A stretch of 64,000 nt of DNA, taken from the NCBI GenBank assembly GCA_913775595.1, contig CAJYLB010000001.1, positions 806,001 to 870,000 of the forward strand, given 5' to 3'. The first letter of the stretch is position 1, and each line of letters starts with the position of its first letter. Origin of the DNA: an uncultured Aquiluna sp. (lineage in GTDB: Bacteria > Actinomycetota > Actinomycetes > Actinomycetales > Microbacteriaceae). The notes under the pieces are model-generated. The model ran no database searches. It had not been told where the DNA came from and saw only the letters and a list, made by a program, of their open reading frames with translations. The translations under genes were made by a program, and so were the position numbers. Of the stretch, positions 58,048 to 64,000 are shown piece by piece.

Positions 58048-59538
58048 TTTCTGGAGCTTTTTATTTGCAGCCAGCTCCTTCTCTCCCCTAGCCATCATCA
58101 CAGGAAGCCTTCTGCGCAAAAGATCCTCACGAGTGGTCACATCCTCGTTCTCGGCGACATACCTAAGCTCCTGAGCGGTGATTCCGAGTCCGTCAAAGAG
58201 ATCCTCAAGTTTTTCCTTGCCAATGACATCGAAGGCTCTGTGGCCATGGCGACGCCACAGCCCCTCGGCAATCAGATCGGCATTGCCCTTGGTCTGTGAG
58301 GCGACCTTGGCGTAGAACTCGGTCTTGCGCTCTTGCGAACCCTCCCCGAACCAGGTGCCGGGATCATCAAGCTTCACGCCAAAGCCCTTTAGTTCGTCGA
58401 TTACTTCCTCGCCCACATTTAGACAGTCCGTGAGTTTGCCTCCGAGAATTGTCACCACTCTTTTGTCTCTGTTGGCTTCGATTGCGTGCTTTCGACTTAG
58501 TGCATGCCAATCCTGATTGTTGCCACTCTCACCGTTCTCGACAACCAATGGCCTCACGCCAGAACGATTCGAAACGATCTGGTCTTCTGTGATGGGCTCT
58601 GCAAGCTCGAGCTGAGCATTTATCTGTCGCAGCACAAAGTCGATATCGTCCTTATTGGTTTGTGTCTCTGGCTTCTCAACCCTGGTGTCGGTGGTTCCGA
58701 TCATGGATCGGTCACCCATGGGAAGAACGTAGAAAAGCCTGCCCTCCTCATCCCAAAATGCCAACACCTGATACTTCTCGGTGAGCTTGCGGTTGAGGAT
58801 TAGGTGTATGCCCTTGGAGAAAACAAGGCCGGCCTTGGTCTTTGAACCAAGTAGCTTCGAGACATTCTGCGCATAGGGCCCAGCGGCATTGATGACGCTC
58901 TTCGCGGTAACGTTTGTGGTCTTTCTGCCTGCCTTCAAAGTCAGTGACCAGTCGCCCTTGAAACTTGCCTCAGTCAGTTCTGTGTAGTTGCGGACGTCAG
59001 CCCCACGGGCCTTGGCATGACGAATGAAGTCATATACGAATCGGCTGTCGTTATCGGGCAGCTGAGCATCGAAGTATTTGACGGCCTTGCGACCGGTAAT
59101 CAGGTTTGGCTCGAGCTCCTTTGCCTTCTTCGCGGAGAAGGTCGAGGGAGGGGTTGTTCCAAAGAGACCGATGAACCAGTAAAACAGGGTTCCAAAAGCA
59201 CCCAGCACCCTTCCGAAGGGGGCCGTTGGCCCGAGCGAGGCCAAGAAACCGATCTCTTTGATTTGGTTTGGATACGCCTTCATCAGCTTGTTTCTTGCGA
59301 GGCAGAGCTTGAACACCAGCCAAAACTCATAGGTCTGGAGGTATTTGATACCGCCCCAGACAAGGTTTGAAGACTCTTGTGAGGTGAAGCCCGCAAAGTC
59401 GCCCTTGTCGACAAGTAGAACCTTCTGGCCGGCAGCACTCAGCGCCGCTGCCGCTACCGCTCCGTTGATTCCGGCGCCGATAATGGCAACGTCAAACTGT
59501 TCGATTTTGTTCGATTTGGTTTGATTTTGTTTGGCCAC
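58024..59538 (-). CDS. glpD: FAD-dependent glycerol-3-phosphate dehydrogenase
   Basis: IIGAGING, TSQESSNLVWGG, GGKLT; divergent from glpK. Confidence 0.85.
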   Translation of the reverse strand: MAKQNQTKSNKIEQFDVAIIGAGINGAVAAAALSAAGQKVLLVDKGDFAGFTSQESSNLVWGGIKYLQTYEFWLVFKLCLARNKLMKAYPNQIKEIGFLASLGPTAPFGRVLGAFGTLFYWFIGLFGTTPPSTFSAKKAKELEPNLITGRKAVKYFDAQLPDNDSRFVYDFIRHAKARGADVRNYTELTEASFKGDWSLTLKAGRKTTNVTAKSVINAAGPYAQNVSKLLGSKTKAGLVFSKGIHLILNRKLTEKYQVLAFWDEEGRLFYVLPMGDRSMIGTTDTRVEKPETQTNKDDIDFVLRQINAQLELAEPITEDQIVSNRSGVRPLVVENGESGNNQDWHALSRKHAIEANRDKRVVTILGGKLTDCLNVGEEVIDELKGFGVKLDDPGTWFGEGSQERKTEFYAKVASQTKGNADLIAEGLWRRHGHRAFDVIGKEKLEDLFDGLGITAQELRYVAENEDVTTREDLLRRRLPVMMARGEKELAANKKLQKLLVELGL

Positions 59539-59600
59539 AGTGAAAGCATAAACGCCAAAGATTTAGTTTTTGTTCCGCACACATTTCAAGGAGGAAATAG

Positions 59601-61067
59601 ATGTCGATTCTTTCCATAGATGCGGGCACCACCGGCGTCACAGCCCTAATCATTTCCCCCAGTGGCGAGATACTCTCTCGTGGCTACACAGAATTTGAAC
59701 AGCACTTCCCAGAGCCTGGCTGGGTCGAGCACGACCCAGAGCAGATTTGGCAGGCGACTCTCAGCTCAGTGAAGAGCGCTGTCCAGGGCCACAGCGAAAA
59801 ACCGACCTGCATCGGCATCACCAACCAGCGCGAGACAGCTGTGATCTGGGACCGCGAGAACCTGAGCTCCCCAACCAAAGCCATCGTCTGGCAAGACCGC
59901 AGAACTTCTGTTTTCACCGAGGAGCTCCAAGAGAAAAACAAAGGCGACTGGATAAGAAAGCGCACCGGACTCAACATTGACCCCTATTTCACCGCCAGTA
60001 AGTTTTTGTGGTGGCAGAGAAAGCATCCAGAGATTTGGTCGGGAGTTGAAGCGGGCAAGTATGCCCTCGGAACCATTGACAGCTACCTAGTGGCTCGCAT
60101 CTCGGGTGGCAAGCGTCACATCACCGATGCCTCGAACGCTTCGAGGACTCAGCTAATGAGCCTGCAAACTGGCGACTGGGACGAAGAGCTACTTTCAACC
60201 TTTGGTATTCCGAGGTCTGCACTGCCTGAAATCACCCCTTGCTGGGGAGAGCTAGCGCAGAGTAGCCCTGATCACTTTCTTGGTCTCGATCTCCCGATCA
60301 CCGGCATGGCTGGAGATCAACAGGCGGCGCTCTTTGGTCAGACCGGCTTTGACCTTGGGGCATCAAAATGCACCTACGGAACCGGTGCCTTCATCCTGAC
60401 CAACACAGAGGACGAGATTGTCATTAGTGACCACGGACTTCTTGCAACCGTAGCCTGGATGAGTCCCGAAAGAAAGATCACCTACGCCTCAGAGGGCTCG
60501 GTGTTCGTTGCGGGTGCTGCTGTTCAGTGGCTCAGAGACAAGCTACGGATCATAGATAGCGCCCCCGCTGTTGAGGACCTAGCAAAGAAGGCAGGCAGCA
60601 GCGACGGCGTGGTATTCGTTCCGGCTCTTACCGGCCTAGGCGCACCCTTTTGGAACGCAGATGTTCGCGGCAGCCTGCTAGGTATCACACGAGGCTCGAC
60701 CGATGCCAACCTGGCCTATGCCACCCTTGAGGCGATTGCTTTTCAGGTGAAGGCCGTGGTCGACGCGATGGCTGAGGATGCAGGAAAGAGCGTCGCAGAG
60801 CTTAGGGTCGATGGCGGTGCGGCGGCAAATGACACCATGATGCAAATCCAGGCTGACCTTATTGGGGCAAAGGTTGTGAGAGCGAAGAACCTTGAGTCAA
60901 CCGGATTTGGTGCAGGGCTCCTCGCCGGTTTAGGTTCTGGCATCTGGGGATCAATGGATGAGCTCCGCCAGCTCAATCCTGCAAGGCAAGAATTCGCCCC
61001 TGCAACTAACCGCAGCGCATCCTTTGAGCGTTGGCTCGAAGCGGTTGAGGTGACCACCAAGTTCTAA
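59601..61067 (+). CDS. glpK: glycerol kinase
   Basis: IDAGTTG, GITNQRET, GDQQAALFGQ, KCTYGTG. Confidence 0.95.
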   Translation: MSILSIDAGTTGVTALIISPSGEILSRGYTEFEQHFPEPGWVEHDPEQIWQATLSSVKSAVQGHSEKPTCIGITNQRETAVIWDRENLSSPTKAIVWQDRRTSVFTEELQEKNKGDWIRKRTGLNIDPYFTASKFLWWQRKHPEIWSGVEAGKYALGTIDSYLVARISGGKRHITDASNASRTQLMSLQTGDWDEELLSTFGIPRSALPEITPCWGELAQSSPDHFLGLDLPITGMAGDQQAALFGQTGFDLGASKCTYGTGAFILTNTEDEIVISDHGLLATVAWMSPERKITYASEGSVFVAGAAVQWLRDKLRIIDSAPAVEDLAKKAGSSDGVVFVPALTGLGAPFWNADVRGSLLGITRGSTDANLAYATLEAIAFQVKAVVDAMAEDAGKSVAELRVDGGAAANDTMMQIQADLIGAKVVRAKNLESTGFGAGLLAGLGSGIWGSMDELRQLNPARQEFAPATNRSASFERWLEAVEVTTKF

Positions 61068-61076
61068 GCTGGTCTC

Positions 61077-61871
61077 ATGTATGACCCGGAGTCAAAGCTT
61101 GCCGCTCAATCCCTGAGTGCTGGCTATTCGGCGGATGCGGTCATCAAGAACCTTGACCTCGAATTGCCTGGTGGTTCAATCACGGCGGTCGTCGGCGCTA
61201 ATGGAGCAGGTAAGAGCTCGCTGCTAAAGGCGCTGGCCAGAAAGATCAAGGCAAAGAGCGGAGCGGTCCTGCTGGATGGAGTATCAATCAGCTCCCTAAC
61301 GAAGGCCCAGATCGAGGGCAACATTGGTTTCCTGGGCACGATTCCGGCGACGAAGAATAATGAGAGCGTTTTTGACCTGATTGCCAGGAGCGCGATGCTG
61401 GCCAATCAAATCTCTAGGGTGAGCCCCCGGGTAAAAGGAGAGATTGACCAGATTCTGGAGAGAACCTCGCTAACACCTCACTCAAAGAAAAAGATTGGTG
61501 AGCTCTCCTCCGGATGGAGGCAGGTCGCGGTGATTGCAGCGGCCCTAGTCAAGAATCCCCAGGTTTTGCTGTTGGACGAACCAACCAACTCGCTTGACTA
61601 CTCCCATCAGCTTCAGGTGATAAACCTGCTGTCCTCGCTGAAGCGTGAGCGAGGCATGACGATCGTCGCAGTCATCCACGACCTTAATCTTGCAGCCCGC
61701 TTTGCAGACCAAATAGTGGTGCTGAGAGACGGAGAGATAATCGCCCAGGGAGCCCCAAACGATGTCATTAACCCAAATAATCTTGCGGCTGCCTTCAATA
61801 TCCTGGCCAGAGTTATAGAAGATCCAGTTGCAAAGACGCCGGTCGTGGTGCCGATAAGACAACTTGGCTAG
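61077..61871 (+). CDS. orphan FecE/FhuC-like ABC ATP-binding protein
   Basis: GANGAGKS, LLDEPT, VIHDLNLAARF. Confidence 0.8.
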   Translation: MYDPESKLAAQSLSAGYSADAVIKNLDLELPGGSITAVVGANGAGKSSLLKALARKIKAKSGAVLLDGVSISSLTKAQIEGNIGFLGTIPATKNNESVFDLIARSAMLANQISRVSPRVKGEIDQILERTSLTPHSKKKIGELSSGWRQVAVIAAALVKNPQVLLLDEPTNSLDYSHQLQVINLLSSLKRERGMTIVAVIHDLNLAARFADQIVVLRDGEIIAQGAPNDVINPNNLAAAFNILARVIEDPVAKTPVVVPIRQLG

Positions 61872-61910
61872 TAGGCATTTCCGGGGTTTGGGGTAATAAT
61901 AAGAACGTAG

Positions 61911-61972
61911 TTCACTAAGTGAAGGCGCAGTTACTAGCAGTGACGCCAAAGAGGCTTGCGCCTACTTGTGAA
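61911..61972 (+). ncRNA. candidate structured leader RNA (three-way junction)
   Basis: TTCAC..AAGT..AGGCGCA pairs with TGCGCCT-ACTT-GTGAA, enclosing two hairpins. Confidence 0.35.
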
Positions 61973-62030
61973 TGAGGGCAAGGACTGGGCCCGCTATCAA
62001 AATCGGTCAACTCGTTTGGTTGTGAAACTA

Positions 62031-63323
62031 ATGCGTATCTTGCTCATTGGAGCAGGCGGGGTTGGCGATGCAATCGTCAAAATCGCCTCTGAACGTAACT
62101 TCTTTGAAAAGCTAATCGTCTCCGACTACGAGCTCGCAAGAGCTCAGCGGAGCGTTGACTGGGTTGCCCAGTGGCACCCAGATCTTCCGGTGGACAAGTT
62201 TGAAGCGGCACAGATTGACGCCTCAGACTCTGCCCAAGTTGCAGCTCTCGCGAAAGCGCACGGCGCAACTCACATTGTCAATGCCGTAGAACCAAGGTTC
62301 GTGCAGAGCATCTTCCAGGGTGCCCTCGATGCCGGGGCCAACTACATGGACATGGCTATGAGTCTCTCTCATCCTGACAAAGACGACCCCTTTACCAAGC
62401 CCGCGGAGAAACTCGGGGACTGGCAGTATGCCAAGCACGAAGAGTTTGAAAAGGCAGGTCTTCTCGCACTTGTTGGTACTGGTGCGGAGCCAGGCATTTC
62501 CAACATATTTGCCCGCTACGCAGCAGACCACCTATTCAGTGAGATAGATGAGATCACAATTTTGGATGGTGGAAACCTCGTGGTTGAAAACGACGAGGGT
62601 GAAGAAATCTTTGCCCCCTCGTTCTCAATCTGGACCGTCATTGAGGAATGCCTAAACCCTCCGCTGATTTGGGAAAAGGATCGCGGCTGGTTTACCACCA
62701 AGCCATTCTCGGAGCCTGAACTATTTGAGTTCCCGGGCGGTATTGGGCCGATTAAATGCGTAAACGTGGAACACGAGGAAGTAAACATGCTTCCGAGGAC
62801 CATGGAGGCCAAGAGGGTCAACTTCAAATATGGCCTAGGTTCCGAGTTCATAAACGTGCTCAAGACCCTGCATGCCCTTGGGCTAGACAAGGTGAATCCC
62901 ATTTGGGTGCGATCGAAGTCGGGTCGCGCTCAAGTCGCGCCACGTGATTTGGTAGCAGCTGTGCTGCCGGACCCCGCATCACTGGTTGAGCGCATGACCG
63001 GAAAGACCTGCGCGGGAACCCTCGTTACCGGTAAGGACAAAGAGGGTAAGCCACGTGCCTCTTACCTCTACCACATCGCTGACACCGAGTGGACGGCTGA
63101 GGAGTTTGATGCTCAGGCCGTGGTGTGGCAGACGGCATTGGTGCCCGTAATTGCCTTGGAGCTTCTAGAGCGAGGCGACTGGCAGGCGACAGGCGTTCGC
63201 GGTCCAGAGGAGTTCGATGCCAAGGTTTTCCTTGACACCATGGCGACTGAATACAAACAGGGCTGGGAGATTCAGGACAGAAACCCTGAGAACCCGAGCG
63301 TCATAGACGACGACTGGGAATAG
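62031..63323 (+). CDS. saccharopine dehydrogenase-like oxidoreductase
   Basis: LIGAGGVG, NYMDMA, GAEPG, VEHEEV. Confidence 0.85.
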   Translation: MRILLIGAGGVGDAIVKIASERNFFEKLIVSDYELARAQRSVDWVAQWHPDLPVDKFEAAQIDASDSAQVAALAKAHGATHIVNAVEPRFVQSIFQGALDAGANYMDMAMSLSHPDKDDPFTKPAEKLGDWQYAKHEEFEKAGLLALVGTGAEPGISNIFARYAADHLFSEIDEITILDGGNLVVENDEGEEIFAPSFSIWTVIEECLNPPLIWEKDRGWFTTKPFSEPELFEFPGGIGPIKCVNVEHEEVNMLPRTMEAKRVNFKYGLGSEFINVLKTLHALGLDKVNPIWVRSKSGRAQVAPRDLVAAVLPDPASLVERMTGKTCAGTLVTGKDKEGKPRASYLYHIADTEWTAEEFDAQAVVWQTALVPVIALELLERGDWQATGVRGPEEFDAKVFLDTMATEYKQGWEIQDRNPENPSVIDDDWE

Positions 63324-63382
63324 GAGTCTGATCCCCAGGGTTTTATGGGATAAAATGTCATAAATAACCCTGGGGATGACTC
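63324..63382. other. long intergenic hairpin
   Basis: GAGTC/GACTC, ATCCCCAGGGTT/AACCCTGGGGAT, TTATG/CATAA. Confidence 0.7.
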
Positions 63383-63437
63383 TCAGCCAATATTCAGTTG
63401 TATTTCTTAGGGTTAGAGCTCTAAGAAGGAGAACTAA

Positions 63438-64000
63438 ATGAAGCTTTCGAAGCGTTGGATGCCAGCCGTTGTGACTCCCGCGGTGATCGCGGCGATTTCG
63501 CTGGTGCCGCTTCAGGCGAATGCGGTCGACCTCCCAGACATGAGCGCAGAAGAGCTCATGGTCATGATGATGGACGCCCAGCCAACTGAGTTCTCCGGCA
63601 CAATCTTGAAAACCAGCAATCTCGGCCTCCCAGCTCTCGAGCTGAGCTCGATGGTGTCCGAGGAGGACGCCGAGCGCATGCGCGAGAAGATGCCCGAAGA
63701 GTTTGCTGACTTTGCTCCTGAGGTTATCGAGCAAAACCTCTTAACTGAGGCCATGGAACTAGTCACCGGCGAGCACAGGGTAAGGGTCTATGTTGGCGAA
63801 ACCGGCATGCGTGCACAGATTTTGGACATGATGGCGCAGCGCGACCTGATTGTCTCGGGTAACACGGTTTGGACCTATGACTCACGCGAGCAGGTGGCAA
63901 TGTACGGCGAGCTTGACGAAGAGAAGCTGGCCGAGGGCAAGGTTGAGGCAGAAGCTGAGATCAGTGCATACATTGCTGAGATTGGGCTTGATCTGACAGA
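63438..64000 (+). CDS. exported LolA-like (DUF2092-type) protein, N-terminal part
   Basis: AAGGAG RBS, MKLSKRWMPA signal, FSGT..TSNLGLP, VWTYDS; runs off window. Confidence 0.7.
   Translation, partial: MKLSKRWMPAVVTPAVIAAISLVPLQANAVDLPDMSAEELMVMMMDAQPTEFSGTILKTSNLGLPALELSSMVSEEDAERMREKMPEEFADFAPEVIEQNLLTEAMELVTGEHRVRVYVGETGMRAQILDMMAQRDLIVSGNTVWTYDSREQVAMYGELDEEKLAEGKVEAEAEISAYIAEIGLDLT

Overview
64 kb of a compact actinobacterial chromosome, most likely Microbacteriaceae of the streamlined 'Luna'/Aquiluna type (inferred from gene order, tight spacing and leaderless promoters). Most of it is conserved housekeeping: metG, rsmI, pmt, serC, ideR, XPB helicase pair, groEL with two CIRCE boxes, msrB, cysS, ispDF, carD, senX3-regX3/phoU, glnR-like regulator, ppk1, pstSCAB and glpD/glpK. 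The one clear accessory region is an ~8.1 kb element integrated at tRNA-Thr(TGT) (26367-34466). It is bounded by a perfect 78-bp direct repeat and carries an intact tyrosine integrase plus four cargo genes, three of them predicted exported or membrane-anchored. The element has a diverged, gapless internal copy of its left arm region, which suggests cassette-like accretion. Two of its secreted proteins share an unannotated Cys-containing domain, at opposite ends. Other notable signals: an inverted-topology photolyase with four possible Fe-S cysteines next to the att site, a candidate three-way-junction RNA before a saccharopine-dehydrogenase-like gene, an attenuator-like leader before an HNH gene, a catalytically degenerate SF1 helicase, and an unannotated 36-aa membrane peptide. 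All calls come from reading the sequence and recognising motifs; no searches were run.
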